This document shows positions 10,444 through 21,652 of a stretch of DNA of 64,000 nucleotides, in pieces. The notes under the pieces were generated by a model. The model had not been told where the DNA came from, made no database searches, and saw only the letters and a list, made by a program, of their open reading frames with translations. The DNA is from an uncultured delta proteobacterium (GTDB lineage Bacteria > Myxococcota_A > Polyangia > Polyangiales > JAFGIB01), in NCBI GenBank assembly GCA_963778655.1, contig CAVZVA010000003.1, positions 384,001-448,000 on the forward strand. Reading direction: 5' to 3'. Positions within the stretch are counted from its first letter, which is position 1; every line of letters starts with the position of its first letter. The translations under genes were made by a program, and so were the position numbers.

Positions 10444-11517
10444 ATGCGCGGTCGATCGGCTGTCCTTTGGCTGACCTGGCTGGCGCTGAGCGCCTGCGCC
10501 GCGCGGCAGGTCCCGCCCGCCGCGAGCGCCGAATCGGCTCCCCAAGCTCCCGTCGCCGTCCCCGCCGGGCCCGAATCCATCGCCATGGCCGTACCCGCCG
10601 CCGGCGAGGAAGCCCATCGGGCGCTGATCGCGGCCGTGGCGTGTTGGATGGGGGGCATGTGGAGCGATGCCGAGGCGGCGAGCGACGAAGACCGCGTTAC
10701 CGTGAGCAAGCGACGCTGCCAAGTGCTGATCCGGCGGCTCTATCAACGCGACGATCCCGATCTCGAGGAGCGGACACGGAGCCTCGAGCCGATGGCGGTA
10801 GCGCAGCTGAGGGATAAGATCCTCGCTCTGGCAAAGAGCGATGGGATCGACGCCACGCGAACGCAGCAGCTCGTCAGTCTCCTCAACGCCAGCGCCGACG
10901 CAGCGCGAGAAACGATGTTGGCGCGGCGCGCGGCCGACGTGGTGAAAGCCGACATCCTGGCCACGGCTTCCGCCAGCAAGCGCGATGCCGACGAGTCGGC
11001 CGCGGCCGAGCCTCTGACCAAGGACCGAGCGTTCGAGCAGTTGTGGAGGCTCGACGTGAGCGACCTCACGCACGAGGCTCGGTCGATAGCGATTTTGAAC
11101 GCCATGGACCGCATGAACGCGGCCCGCGGCCTGCCAAAGCGGCTCAAGCTCGCCGCGTTGCGAGGGCCTTTCGCTCTGCTGTTCGGAGTAGTCCCTGCCG
11201 ACGCCGACCCCGGCAAGCCGCTCGAAGGCGGACAATGGCTTGCCTACTTGAGCTCGGCGGCCAATGCGGCCGGGCACCCCGTTCCGCAAGAGGTCACGCC
11301 ACTGCCCGCGCGCGAGCGTCTGGCGTGGGGCGGCACGGTCATGGGGCTCGCAGACAAACTGCAACGCGAGGCGCAGCAACTATCGGATGCGACCGAGCAC
11401 AAGCGTGTGGCCCTCGCAGTCGTCCGGCGCCTGCAGGCCGCCTACAGGGCCTCCGAGGCTGCGGTCGCCAAGACTCCCAACGCAACCGGCTTGCCGGACG
11501 ACGAGGGCTTGCCATGA
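10444..11517 (+). CDS. Hypothetical lipoprotein (paralog A)
   Basis: GGAGG RBS, LSAC lipobox, [11 protein letters not shown] motif shared with next gene. Confidence 0.75.
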   Translation: MRGRSAVLWLTWLALSACAARQVPPAASAESAPQAPVAVPAGPESIAMAVPAAGEEAHRALIAAVACWMGGMWSDAEAASDEDRVTVSKRRCQVLIRRLYQRDDPDLEERTRSLEPMAVAQLRDKILALAKSDGIDATRTQQLVSLLNASADAARETMLARRAADVVKADILATASASKRDADESAAAEPLTKDRAFEQLWRLDVSDLTHEARSIAILNAMDRMNAARGLPKRLKLAALRGPFALLFGVVPADADPGKPLEGGQWLAYLSSAANAAGHPVPQEVTPLPARERLAWGGTVMGLADKLQREAQQLSDATEHKRVALAVVRRLQAAYRASEAAVAKTPNATGLPDDEGLP

Positions 11518-12602
11518 AGCGACCTGTCACGATCGTATGCACGCTCGGCCTGCTGTGCGTGGCCTGCGGCAGTGCTCGCACCGGATCGAGCACCACAGCT
11601 GCCCGACTGCCGCCCGCAGCCTCTGCCGAGCCGGCGGCTGCACCAGAGCCCACCGCCGGCGCCGAGGTCGACGGGACCGACACGGGTGCCCCCGCGGTCG
11701 CGCGCGGCGAAGCCCACGCATGGCTGGTCGCGGCGGTGGGTTGCTGGCTCGGCGGGATGTGGAGCGACGCCGAGGGTGCCGACGAAGCCTCACGCATCAA
11801 CGCCTCCAAGGAGCGCTGCCGCACGCTGGTTCGGCGGCTCTACGGCGACGACGACCAGGCCCGATACGAGAGGCTGCGTGCAGTAGACCCGAGCGCGATC
11901 GCGGACCTGCGTGCCAAGATCGAAAACGAGGCTCGGAGCGACGCGTCCGACAAAGGCCGAGCGCCGCAACTGCTCGAGCTGCTCGACTCGACCGCAGCCG
12001 CCGCACGCGAGGCGATGTCCGCACGGCGTTTTGCTAACGACATCAAGAACGACATCGCCGTCGTCCAGCCGGCAACGAAGCGCAAAGCTGACGAGGTCGC
12101 TGCGGTCGAGCCTCTGGGCGAAGACAAAGCGTTCGAAGCCCTGCTCCGCCTGGACGCGGGAGACCTGAGCCCCGAGGCGCGCGCGATCGCTCTGCTGTAC
12201 GCCCTCGATCGGATGGAGGCGGCGCGCGGGCTCCCCACCCACGTCAAGCTTTATGCCGTGGCGCGACCCTTCGCGGCGCTCTTCGGCATCTCGGCTCCGC
12301 AGGTATCGGCCGACGCAAGCACGCCGATAAAAGGGGGCATCTGGCTCCACTACCTAATGGCGGTGGCGAATGCGGCCGGCCATCCTATGCCCGAAAGGGC
12401 GCGGTTGCATCGCGATCAAGAGCTGATGGCTTGGGGTGGCATCTTCATGGGGCTCGCGGACCGGCTCAGCGCGGAAGCCGAGCAGATCGCCGATGCCAGC
12501 GAGCTTCAGAGCGTCGCCCACGCGGTGGCCCGCAGACTGGGTATCGAGTACCGCGCCTCCGAAGCCGCGATTGAAGCCGGCAGCAAACCCACACCACCGT
12601 AG
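11514..12602 (+). CDS. Hypothetical lipoprotein (paralog B)
   Basis: ATGA overlap with paralog A, CVAC lipobox, [11 protein letters not shown] motif; colinear similarity to paralog A. Confidence 0.75.
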   Translation: MKRPVTIVCTLGLLCVACGSARTGSSTTAARLPPAASAEPAAAPEPTAGAEVDGTDTGAPAVARGEAHAWLVAAVGCWLGGMWSDAEGADEASRINASKERCRTLVRRLYGDDDQARYERLRAVDPSAIADLRAKIENEARSDASDKGRAPQLLELLDSTAAAAREAMSARRFANDIKNDIAVVQPATKRKADEVAAVEPLGEDKAFEALLRLDAGDLSPEARAIALLYALDRMEAARGLPTHVKLYAVARPFAALFGISAPQVSADASTPIKGGIWLHYLMAVANAAGHPMPERARLHRDQELMAWGGIFMGLADRLSAEAEQIADASELQSVAHAVARRLGIEYRASEAAIEAGSKPTPP

Positions 12603-12679
12603 GCGGCCTGCTCGTGCATGCCCGCGACCGCGCCCATATCCGCGCCCGACGGCCGAACGTACGAATGCCACGCGAAGCC

Positions 12680-12857
12680 GTGACTGCGGCAAGTACGCGT
12701 TGAAGCAGGTCCCCGCTCCCATTCTCGTGTCCACGGTGATCCAGCCGCCGTGATCGCGCACGATGCTGTAGGAAACGGATAGCCCTAGGCCGGTCCCTTG
12801 GCCCACAGCCTTGGTCGTGAAGAACGGGTCGAAGATCTGCGGCAACACTTCGGACAC
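12680..12857 (-). pseudogene. Histidine kinase HATPase C-terminal fragment
   Basis: [38 protein letters not shown]…GTCF (F and G2 boxes) with no N/G1 box or HisKA upstream. Confidence 0.75.
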
Positions 12858-13085
12858 GGCCCACCTGCGAGCCGACGGCGGCCGAGGTCACGCGTGGCGG
12901 GGCATTCCGCCCCATGCAGACTTCGTCGCATCCATCACGGCGAGCTGCATCATGCGGATGAAGCATGCGGGTCGCCCTGTGCGGCGACTTCGTTGCTCGG
13001 ATTTCACCGGACGTACACCCAACCGCTCGCGTGCGGAGCATTGATGCGGCAGCACGCGCCGCCTTCCGGCGCAGGAGGCCTATTC

Positions 13086-14816
13086 ATGAATATTCGCACC
13101 CTAGTATCAGCTGCATGCTTGCCACTTGCGTGCGCATGCGCAGCCCAGACGAGCCTCGACTCCACAGCAGCTCCGGCGGAGTCGGCGCAAGCGTTGAGCA
13201 AGACCGACGGTAAGCCGGAGCCGCACGACGCTTGCGGTGGGAAGGGGCGGCACGCAGGTCGGCGCGACTGCCGCGTCCGCGACATCCGCCACGTGCTGCT
13301 GCTGAGCATCGACGGTCTGCACCAGCAGGACCTCGCGGGCTTCATCGCGGCTCATCCAGCGTCCGCCCTGGCGGAGCTGGCAGGCCACGGCGTGCAGTAC
13401 ACCAATGCGTGGGTCAATCGGCTCGATGGCTCAGCGACCAACCCCAGTGATTCGTTTCCGGGCCTGCTGGCGCTGATCACCGGCGGCTCGTCGAGGACGC
13501 ACGGCTGCTGGTACGACATTTCCTATGCGCGTGACCTGTTTCCGGCTGCAGCCAGCTGCTCTGGAACACCGGGCACGTACGCTGCGTACGACGAGAGCAT
13601 CGAGAAGAACAACGCCTTTCTCTGGGGTGACGCCCCTCCCGACGACAGCCCGACCCACCAGCCGTCGGTGGCGCGCTCCCGGTACGACTTGGCCCAGCTC
13701 CCCTACGCGAAGAGCGGCACCGAGTGCTCCCCTGTTTTCCCGCACCAGTATCTGCGGGTGAACACCATCTTCCAGGTGGTCAAGGAGCAGGGCTTGCACA
13801 CGGCGTGGTCGGACAAGCACCTGGCCTATGATTTCGTCAACGGCACGTCCGGTGAAGGCGTCGACGACTTCTTCGGGCCGGAGATCAACTCGGATCCCTC
13901 CAACAGCCTGATCCCCACGGCTCCGGCGGGCAGCTCGTTCACCGACAAATGGTCCTACACCGAGGTCTACGACGACTTCAAGGTGCAGGCGATCTTGAAC
14001 GAGATCGATGGCAAGTGGAGCGACGATGGCCTGCCCGGCGCCACCGACACCGCGGGCCGGCGCCCCGGCGTGCCCGCGCTGTTCGGGATGAACTTCCAGG
14101 CGCTCAGCGTGGCCCAGAAGAGCTCCGCCGCCGACGGCGGCTACGTCGATGCCAATGCAACGCCCGGAGCGCAGGTCGCCGATGCGCTGTCTCACACGGA
14201 CGCCTCAATCGCCAAGATGATCGCGAGGCTCAAGGCGCGCCGCCTGTACGACCGCACGCTGATCATCGTGACCGCGAAGCACGGGCAGTCGCCGATCGAC
14301 AAGTCGCTCTACACGCCGGTCGATGGCGATGCCGTGGTGGATCTGCTCGACGGCGCCGGCGCGACCGTGGCCGGTCACATCGAGGACGACGTGGCGCTCT
14401 ATTGGCTGGCCGACGCGAGCACGGCGCCGGCCGCAGTCGCCGCGCTCACGTCGCCGACCGCGACCCCGGATCCTCGCGCCGAGCAGGTCTTAAGCACGGC
14501 CGATGCTGAATTCGTGGCGATGTTCGGCGACCCGTCCAAGGACTCGCACGTGCCTGACGTGATCGTGAAGGTAACCAAGGGCACCATCTACTCGCTAAGC
14601 ACGAAGAAGGAAGCCGAGCACGGTGGCTTCGCGGACGACGACGCCCACGTCGGGCTACTGCTGTCCAATCCGGGGCTGCGTGCCTCGACCAACAACACGG
14701 TCGTACGCACCAAGCAGGTGGCGCCCACGATCCTACGCGCCCTCGACATCCCTCCATCGGCGCTCGATGCGGTTCGTGCCGAGGGGACGGAGGTGCTCCC
14801 CGGCGTTCGACTTTGA
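13086..14816 (+). CDS. Alkaline phosphatase family / type I phosphodiesterase-nucleotide pyrophosphatase, secreted
   Basis: VLLLSIDGLH, SDSFPG, IIVTAKHGQSP, EHGG, QVAPTIL motifs; signal/lipoprotein-like N-terminus. Confidence 0.85.
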   Translation: MNIRTLVSAACLPLACACAAQTSLDSTAAPAESAQALSKTDGKPEPHDACGGKGRHAGRRDCRVRDIRHVLLLSIDGLHQQDLAGFIAAHPASALAELAGHGVQYTNAWVNRLDGSATNPSDSFPGLLALITGGSSRTHGCWYDISYARDLFPAAASCSGTPGTYAAYDESIEKNNAFLWGDAPPDDSPTHQPSVARSRYDLAQLPYAKSGTECSPVFPHQYLRVNTIFQVVKEQGLHTAWSDKHLAYDFVNGTSGEGVDDFFGPEINSDPSNSLIPTAPAGSSFTDKWSYTEVYDDFKVQAILNEIDGKWSDDGLPGATDTAGRRPGVPALFGMNFQALSVAQKSSAADGGYVDANATPGAQVADALSHTDASIAKMIARLKARRLYDRTLIIVTAKHGQSPIDKSLYTPVDGDAVVDLLDGAGATVAGHIEDDVALYWLADASTAPAAVAALTSPTATPDPRAEQVLSTADAEFVAMFGDPSKDSHVPDVIVKVTKGTIYSLSTKKEAEHGGFADDDAHVGLLLSNPGLRASTNNTVVRTKQVAPTILRALDIPPSALDAVRAEGTEVLPGVRL

Positions 14817-14966
14817 AGGCCGGCAAGCTGTACTCCCGAACGATGGCCGGCGCGGCGACCCCGCGCCGGCCGCCGACGAACGGCGGGCGGGGTGGCTGGC
14901 GGACGTACCGCCGGAAGCGGGCCCCGACCGGGGCGCTGAAGCCTGCGCCGCGTCCTAGCAAGCTCT

Positions 14967-15059
14967 GCCAACGACATCAAAGACGACATCGCCGTGGTCC
15001 AGTCGGAGGCCAAACGCAAAGGGGACGAGCGCGCTGCGGTCGAGCCTCTGAGCGCGGAC
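14967..15059 (+). pseudogene. Internal fragment of a third copy of the 10444/11514 lipoprotein family
   Basis: ANDIKDDIAVVQSEAKRKGDERAAVEPLSAD vs [31 protein letters not shown] (12033-12125): 23/31 identical. Confidence 0.75.
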
Positions 15060-15217
15060 AGCGGGGCGGCTGACGCGGGGCCGGTCGCCGCGGGTGCAGC
15101 GCCCCGGCGGGGCCGGCGGCCGCGGGCAGGGGCCGGATCAGCAAGCTCGCGCGAAGCGCGCGCCTGCGCTATAGGGACGGCTCGACCGGCGTGCGGCCGG
15201 CGTGGGAGAGAGGAGTG

Positions 15218-17134
15218 ATGAACGGCAAGCGAGGTGCTCCGGAGGACGTCGCGAGCGTGCTGGGCGCGCTCGATCGGCCGGCGCGTGCGCTGGTGACCGC
15301 CGGCATGCCCTACGCCAACGGGCCACTGCACATCGGCCACCTGGCGGGCGCGCACCTGCCGGCCGACTTCTACGCGCGCTGGCTCGGCATGCTGATCGGG
15401 CGCGACAAGGTGCTGTACGTGTGCGGCACCGATGAGCACGGCTCGACCAGCGAGATCGCGGCGCTGCGCGCTGGCGTGCCGCTGCGGGAGTTCATCGACT
15501 CGATCCACGACCGGCAGAAGCGGACGCTCGATCGCTTCTGCGTCGGGCTCGACGTCTTCAGCGGCACCTCGCGCCCGGAGTGCTTTCCGCGCCATGCCGC
15601 GCACAGCCAGGAGATTCTGCGCAGGCTGCACGCAAACGGGTTGCTGCTGAAGCGCAGCAGCCGCCAGTGGTACGACCCCAAGGCCGAGCGCTTCCTGCCC
15701 GATCGCTTCGTGCGCGGGCGCTGCCCCAACCCCAAGTGCGACAACGAGGACGCCTACGGCGACGAGTGCGACCGCTGCGGGCACCAGCACGAGCCCTCGG
15801 AGCTGATCAGGCCTCGCAGCGCCGTGAGCGACGCCACGCCCGAGCTGCGCACCACCGTGCACTGGTACCTCGACATGTGGAGCGTGGCCGAGACCCTGCG
15901 GGCCTGGGTCGAGACCAAACACAAGGTCTGGCGCCCGAACGTGCTTGCGGAGGTGCTCGACAAGCTGCGCCCGGCGCTGCGCTTCGCGCGCGAGCACGAG
16001 CCCGCGTACAAGGCGATCAAGGCCGAGCTGCCTGCGCACAAGAGCAAGTACGCGCCCGGCCAGCAGATGGTGCTGCAGCTCGACAGCCGCGAGGCCCTGG
16101 CCGCCGCCGCCGCCGCGCTGCAACGCCACGGCATCGCCAGCGTACAGGTGGACGAGTGGGCGTATCGGGCGATCACGCGCGACATCCGCTGGGGCATTCC
16201 CGTGCCCGACGACCTCGACCCCGAGCTGGCGGGCAAGACGCTGTACGTGTGGCCGGACTCGCTGATCGCGCCGATCGCGTTCAGCGAGCTCGCGCTGATC
16301 GCCAAGGGGCTCGATCCCGCGGGCTACAGGGAGTTCTGGTGCGACCCCCGCGCGCGCGTGGTGCAGTTCCTGGGTCAGGACAACGTGTTCTTCTACGTGC
16401 TGATGCAGGGCGCGCTCTGGCTCGGCTCGCAGCCGGACCCGAGCCGGCTGCCGCTGCCCGGAGAGCTGCAGCTCACCGACGTGATGGGCTGCTTCCACCT
16501 GCTCGTCTCGGGCGAGAAGATGAGCAAGAGCCGCGGCAACTTCCTGCTCTGCGATCAGCTGCTGGACGAAAAGGGCTATACGGCCGACCAGATCCGCTAC
16601 TACCTCGCGCTGCTGGGGCTGCCCGACAAACCGTCGGATTTCGACTTCCAGAAGCTCGACGAGCGCAACAAGTTCCTGGCAGGGCCGATGAACGCCGCCT
16701 TCGAGCGCCCGATCTCGGCGGCGCACTCGAAGTTCTCGGGCAAGGTGCCTGCGGGCACGCTGCACGACAAAGTCGCGGCCGAGACGCTGCGCATCGTGCA
16801 GCGCTACACGCGCGCCATGCCGCGCGGAGACTACCCCAGCCTGCTGTTCGAGATCGAGAACTACGCGCGCATCATCAACAGCCTGTTCACGCAGTACAAG
16901 CCGCACGACGACCGCCACCCGGAGCCGTCGCGGCGCGATGCGCTGTTCTCGGCGTTTTACGTGCTCAAGAACTTGATGATCATGCTCTACCCGTTCGTGC
17001 CCGGCACGATGGAGCGGCTGCGCGAGTCACTACGGCTGCCACAGAGCGTGTGGTCGGTCGACCAGCTCGGCACCGGCATCGAAGGCGGCCACCAGCTCGG
17101 GGACAAGGCGGAGTACTTCCCGGCGGTGCGCTGA
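15218..17134 (+). CDS. metG: Methionine--tRNA ligase
   Basis: PYANGPLHIGH, GTDEHG, Zn knuckle Cys motifs, YVWPD, KMSKS. Confidence 0.93.
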   Translation: MNGKRGAPEDVASVLGALDRPARALVTAGMPYANGPLHIGHLAGAHLPADFYARWLGMLIGRDKVLYVCGTDEHGSTSEIAALRAGVPLREFIDSIHDRQKRTLDRFCVGLDVFSGTSRPECFPRHAAHSQEILRRLHANGLLLKRSSRQWYDPKAERFLPDRFVRGRCPNPKCDNEDAYGDECDRCGHQHEPSELIRPRSAVSDATPELRTTVHWYLDMWSVAETLRAWVETKHKVWRPNVLAEVLDKLRPALRFAREHEPAYKAIKAELPAHKSKYAPGQQMVLQLDSREALAAAAAALQRHGIASVQVDEWAYRAITRDIRWGIPVPDDLDPELAGKTLYVWPDSLIAPIAFSELALIAKGLDPAGYREFWCDPRARVVQFLGQDNVFFYVLMQGALWLGSQPDPSRLPLPGELQLTDVMGCFHLLVSGEKMSKSRGNFLLCDQLLDEKGYTADQIRYYLALLGLPDKPSDFDFQKLDERNKFLAGPMNAAFERPISAAHSKFSGKVPAGTLHDKVAAETLRIVQRYTRAMPRGDYPSLLFEIENYARIINSLFTQYKPHDDRHPEPSRRDALFSAFYVLKNLMIMLYPFVPGTMERLRESLRLPQSVWSVDQLGTGIEGGHQLGDKAEYFPAVR

Positions 17135-17150
17135 GTCGTACTGCAGGAGA

Positions 17151-17197
17151 TTCAACAGGAAGGCGGGAAGACCAAACAGGTCCGCGCTTCCCGTTGA
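17151..17197. repeat. REP-like palindrome, family 2, copy 2 (shortened right arm), between convergent genes
   Basis: TTCAACAGGAAGGCGGGAAG…GCTTCCCGTTGA. Confidence 0.55.
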
Positions 17198-17216
17198 CCC
17201 TGGCGACGCCGGCCGC

Positions 17217-18350
17217 CTACTGCTGCGGGGCGATCAGGTACTTGTGGCCGGTGGCCTGCTTGCCGTACGTGGCGATCGCGGGCAGTGACAGCGCCTCCGC
17301 CAGCGACACCGCGCGGTCGTAGTGGCTGGCAAAGGTTGTCTTGACCTCGGCGGCGACGCGCGCGCGCAGCTGGCCTGCGCGCTCGGCGCCGGCCTTGACC
17401 AGGAACGGCGTCAGCAGCCAGCCGCCCACGCCCCAGGCCATGCCGTAGTTGCGTCGCAGCACGGTCGGTCCGCGGTCGAGGCCGCCGTAGATGTAGAGCT
17501 GCTTGTGCACGATGGTGCCGTAGCGGCTGTAGCCGCCGGCCTTCTGCCCCTGAGCGATCTCCATGCAGCCGAGGATCTGCCCGCCCACTTCTCCGCCGCC
17601 GATCGCGTCGAACGCCAGCGTGGCGTCGGTCGCCGCCAGGGCCTTGATCAGATCGCCCTGAAACGAAGGCGCGCTCGAGCTCAGCACGTGCTTGGCGCCC
17701 TGGCTCCGCAGCAGCTCGACCTGCTCGGGCCGGCGCACCACGTTCACCAGCTCGACCCCGTCGGCCAGGCACAGCCGGTTCAGCATCTGGCCGAGATTCG
17801 AGGCGGCCGCGGTGTGCACCAGCGCGCGGTGGCCCTCGAGCCGCATGGTCTCGACCATCCCCAGCGCCGTCAGCGGATTGACGAAGCACGAGGCGCCCTC
17901 GCGCGCCGTGGTCCCCTCGGCCAGCACCAGGCAGTCCGCTGCCCGCGCGCTCTTGTACTGCGCGTACATCGCGCCGCCGACCAGCGCCACCAGCTTGCCC
18001 AGCAGCGCCTGCGCCGCGGGCGAGGCGCCCGCCTCCACCACCGTGCCCGCGCCCTCGTTGCCGACCGGCATCGGCCGATCGACCCGTCCGGCCAGCATCC
18101 GCATCAAGCCTGCAGGGATGTCGGCGGTCACCACCGGGCGCTCGGGCGTGCCGGCCGCGCGCGCGGTGGTCATGTCTGCCATGCCGAACAGCAGGCCGAG
18201 GTCGGACGGGTTGATCGGGGCGGCCTCCACCCGCACCAGCACCTCGTCGGGCCCGAGCCGCGGGATCTCGGCCTCGTGCAGCGCGATCTCGAGCTTGTTG
18301 TCGGCCTTCACCGTGGAGCGAATCTGCAAGAAGCTGCCGCTTGTCGTCAT
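17217..18350 (-). CDS. MDR-family (zinc-binding-dehydrogenase-like) NAD(P)H oxidoreductase
   Basis: EVLVRVEAAPINPSD, GNEGAG, VNPLTA, HTAAASNLG motifs. Confidence 0.85.
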   Translation of the reverse strand: MTTSGSFLQIRSTVKADNKLEIALHEAEIPRLGPDEVLVRVEAAPINPSDLGLLFGMADMTTARAAGTPERPVVTADIPAGLMRMLAGRVDRPMPVGNEGAGTVVEAGASPAAQALLGKLVALVGGAMYAQYKSARAADCLVLAEGTTAREGASCFVNPLTALGMVETMRLEGHRALVHTAAASNLGQMLNRLCLADGVELVNVVRRPEQVELLRSQGAKHVLSSSAPSFQGDLIKALAATDATLAFDAIGGGEVGGQILGCMEIAQGQKAGGYSRYGTIVHKQLYIYGGLDRGPTVLRRNYGMAWGVGGWLLTPFLVKAGAERAGQLRARVAAEVKTTFASHYDRAVSLAEALSLPAIATYGKQATGHKYLIAPQQ

Positions 18351-18522
18351 GGCCTGCCCATCGTGCAAAGAGGAAACGCCCGCCCGCGCGGGCCCGCAGC
18401 ATAGCCGATCGCGGGGCCGCACGGGGCAGGGGCCGACACGGGCGTGCGCCGCGGCCTGGCAATTCTCGCACCGCGCGCCCGCAGGGAGGTAAGATGCGGC
18501 ACCGAAGGCGGGGTGCGCGCAA

Positions 18523-20139
18523 ATGCAGCAGAGCCCACAAACGGGGATGCCCGAGCAAGCTGCGGCGGCCGCACCAGCGGCCAAGACGCTCACCGTGGGC
18601 ATCCCGCGGGAGGTCTATCCGAGCGAGAAGCGGGTCGCGGCCACGCCGGCGACGGTGCAGCGCCTGCGCAAGCTGGGGCTGCAGGTGCTGGTCCAGGCCG
18701 GCGCCGGTGAGGGCGCCAGCCTGCTCGACGGCGCCTACCAGGAAGCCGGCGCGCGCGTGGTGCCCCTGGCGGCCGAGCTCTACGCCGAGGCGGACGTGAT
18801 TCTCAAGGTGCGCGCGCCCGAAGCGCTGGAAGGCGACGCACACGAGGTCGACCTGCTCAAGGACGAGGCCACCCTGGTGTGCTTCGTGTGGCCCGCGCAG
18901 AACAAGGAGCTGCTCGAGCGGCTGGCCAAGCGGCGCGTCACCTTGCTCGCCATGGACCAGGTGCCGCGCATCACGCGCGCGCAGAAGCTCGACGCGCTCA
19001 GCGCGATGGCCAACATCGCCGGCTACAAGGCCGTGATCGAGGCGGCCCACTGCTACGGGCGCTTCCTGGGCGGACAGATGACCGCCGCGGGGCGGGTCAA
19101 GCCGGCGCAGGTCTTGGTGGTCGGCGCCGGCGTCGCCGGGCTTGCAGCGGTGGCGGCGGCGCGCGCGCTGGGCGCGGTGGTGCGCGCCTTCGACACCCGC
19201 CCGCAGGTGCGCGAGCAGGTGGAATCGCTGGGCGGGCAGTTCATCGAGTTCGAATTCAAGGGCGAGTCGGGCGAAGGCGAAGGCGGCTACGCCAAGCAAG
19301 TCAGCGACGCCTATCTGGCGGCCGAGCAGGCGTTGATCGCGCAGCACTGCGCGCAGAGCGACGTGGTGATCTCGACCGCGCTGGTGCCGGGCAAGACCGC
19401 GCCCAAGCTGATTACCTCGGGCGCCGTGGTCGGCATGAGCCGCGGCTCGGTGGTGGTCGACCTGGCCGCCGAGCAGGGCGGCAACTGCGCGCTGAGCGAG
19501 CGCGATCGGGTGGTGGAGAAGTACGGGGTCACGATCCTCGGGCTCACCGACCTCACCAGCCGCATGGCACGCCAATCGAGCGAGCTCTACGCGACCACGG
19601 TAGCGAATCTGCTCGACGAGGTGGTGCACGAGGGCCGGCTCCAGGTCGACATGGAGGACGAGGTGCAGCGCGGGATGTTGGTGCTCAGCGCGGGCAAGCT
19701 GACCTGGCCTCCGCCGCGGCCAGTCAAGTCGCACGCGCCCACGCCCGCCACCCCGCAGCCCAACGCCGGCCTTCCGCCCGCAAGGCCCGAAGCCTCGCCC
19801 TGGGCGCGCCGGACCGCGGCGCTGCTGGCCGCGGCGCTGCTGGTGCCGATCGGCATGTACGCGCCGGCGGAGTTCCTGCAGCACTTCACCGTGTTCGTGC
19901 TGGCCTGCATCGTGGGCTGGCACGTGATCTGGAACGTGACCCCGGCCCTGCACACCCCGCTGATGAGCGTCACCAATGCGATCAGCGGCATCATCCTGAT
20001 CGGCGGCATGATGCTGACGCAGGGCGAGCGACTGAGCACCCCGGTGCTGCTGGCGGCGATCGCCGTGCTGATCGCCTCGATCAACGTGGCCGGCGGGTTC
20101 CTGGTGACGCAGCGCATGCTGAAGATGTTCCACCGATGA
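18523..20139 (+). CDS. pntA: NAD(P) transhydrogenase subunit alpha
   Basis: [41 protein letters not shown]. Confidence 0.95.
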   Translation: MQQSPQTGMPEQAAAAAPAAKTLTVGIPREVYPSEKRVAATPATVQRLRKLGLQVLVQAGAGEGASLLDGAYQEAGARVVPLAAELYAEADVILKVRAPEALEGDAHEVDLLKDEATLVCFVWPAQNKELLERLAKRRVTLLAMDQVPRITRAQKLDALSAMANIAGYKAVIEAAHCYGRFLGGQMTAAGRVKPAQVLVVGAGVAGLAAVAAARALGAVVRAFDTRPQVREQVESLGGQFIEFEFKGESGEGEGGYAKQVSDAYLAAEQALIAQHCAQSDVVISTALVPGKTAPKLITSGAVVGMSRGSVVVDLAAEQGGNCALSERDRVVEKYGVTILGLTDLTSRMARQSSELYATTVANLLDEVVHEGRLQVDMEDEVQRGMLVLSAGKLTWPPPRPVKSHAPTPATPQPNAGLPPARPEASPWARRTAALLAAALLVPIGMYAPAEFLQHFTVFVLACIVGWHVIWNVTPALHTPLMSVTNAISGIILIGGMMLTQGERLSTPVLLAAIAVLIASINVAGGFLVTQRMLKMFHR

Positions 20140-21572
20140 GCCTGCAAAGCGCGAGCACGCTGTCGTACGTCGCCGCGGGCGTGATGTTCGTGCTGAGCCT
20201 GCGCGGGCTGTCCACGCAGCAGAGCGCCCGCCGCGGCAACCAGCTCGGCACGATCGGGATGGTGGTCGCCGTGGTGGTCACCGCGATCGGCCTGCTGGGG
20301 CCGGGCCGCGGCGGCGGGGCGCACGCGGCCAGCGCACCTCTGGCGCCCCAGACGCTGGCCCTGCTCGGGGGCGCGATCGGCGTCGGCTGCGTGATCGGCG
20401 CGGTGCTGGCCGCGCGCGTGGCGATGACCTCGATGCCCGAGCTGGTCGCGATCCTACACTCCTTCGTGGGCGCGGCGGCGGTGCTGGTCGGCATCGCTAC
20501 CTTCATGGAAGGCGCGGCCGAGCTCACGCACGCGATCGAGATCTTCGTCGGCGTGTTCGTCGGCGCGGTCACCTTCACCGGCAGCGTGATCGCCTTTCTG
20601 AAGCTTCGCGGAACGCTCGGCGGCAGGCCGCTCGTGATCCCGGGCCGCCACCTGCTGAACGCGGCGCTGCTCGCGGCTTGCGTCGCGCTGTCGGTGCTCG
20701 GGATCGACGCCGGCGCGCACGGCGGCGGCGTGCAGGATCTGTGGCTCGAGGCCGGGCTCGCCGGCGTGCTGGGCATGCATTTGGTGCTGGCGATCGGCGG
20801 CGGCGACATGCCGGTGGTGGTCTCGCTGCTCAACAGCTACTCGGGCTGGGCCGCGGCGGCCGCCGGCTTCATGCTCTCCAACGACCTGCTGATCATCACC
20901 GGCGCGCTGGTCGGATCGAGCGGCGCGATCCTCAGCACCATCATGTGCCGGGCGATGAACCGCTCGATCTGGCACGTGGTCTTCGCCGGCTTCGGCGAAG
21001 GAGCGGGCGCCCCGGCCGCGACCGGCGCAGCCCCGCAGGGCAAGGTCAGCGAAACCCACGTGGAGGAGGTCGCCTCGCTGCTGCTGGGCGCCAAGAGCGT
21101 GATCATCGTGCCGGGCTACGGCATGGCGGTGGCGCAAGCGCAGCACCCGCTCAAGGAGGTCACCTCGGCGCTCCAGGCCAAGGGCGTCACGGTGCGCTAC
21201 GCGATCCACCCGGTCGCCGGACGCCTGCCGGGCCACATGAACGTGCTGCTGGCCGAGGCCAACGTCTCCTATGACATCGTCAAGGAGATGGACGAGATCA
21301 ACGACGAGTTCGGGCAGACCGACGTGGTGCTGGTGATCGGCGCCAACGACATCGTCAATCCGAGCGCGCTCGAGGACCCGCACAGCCCGATCTTCGGCAT
21401 GCCCGTGCTCGAGGCGTGGAAGGCCGCCAAGGTGGTGATGATGAAGCGAGGCATGAGCACCGGGTACGCCGGCGTCGACAACCCGCTGGTGTACAAAGAA
21501 AACACACTGATGCTTTTCGGCGACGCCAAGAAGAAGGTGCTGGAGTTGCTGGCTGTGTTGCAAACTCGCTGA
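20136..21572 (+). CDS. pntB: NAD(P) transhydrogenase subunit beta
   Basis: ATGA overlap; [41 protein letters not shown]. Confidence 0.95.
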   Translation: MSLQSASTLSYVAAGVMFVLSLRGLSTQQSARRGNQLGTIGMVVAVVVTAIGLLGPGRGGGAHAASAPLAPQTLALLGGAIGVGCVIGAVLAARVAMTSMPELVAILHSFVGAAAVLVGIATFMEGAAELTHAIEIFVGVFVGAVTFTGSVIAFLKLRGTLGGRPLVIPGRHLLNAALLAACVALSVLGIDAGAHGGGVQDLWLEAGLAGVLGMHLVLAIGGGDMPVVVSLLNSYSGWAAAAAGFMLSNDLLIITGALVGSSGAILSTIMCRAMNRSIWHVVFAGFGEGAGAPAATGAAPQGKVSETHVEEVASLLLGAKSVIIVPGYGMAVAQAQHPLKEVTSALQAKGVTVRYAIHPVAGRLPGHMNVLLAEANVSYDIVKEMDEINDEFGQTDVVLVIGANDIVNPSALEDPHSPIFGMPVLEAWKAAKVVMMKRGMSTGYAGVDNPLVYKENTLMLFGDAKKKVLELLAVLQTR

Positions 21573-21652
21573 AACACGGCCGAGCGGTGCCTTCACGGCG
21601 CGGCGCGCGTTTGGACGCTTGCGCCCCCTTTGCGACGGCGTATCGTGGCCGG

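Noticed and set aside
12354..12857. Complete 167-aa histidine kinase
   Set aside because: Only ~60 aa match HATPase_c; the rest is antisense read-through into the lipoprotein gene.
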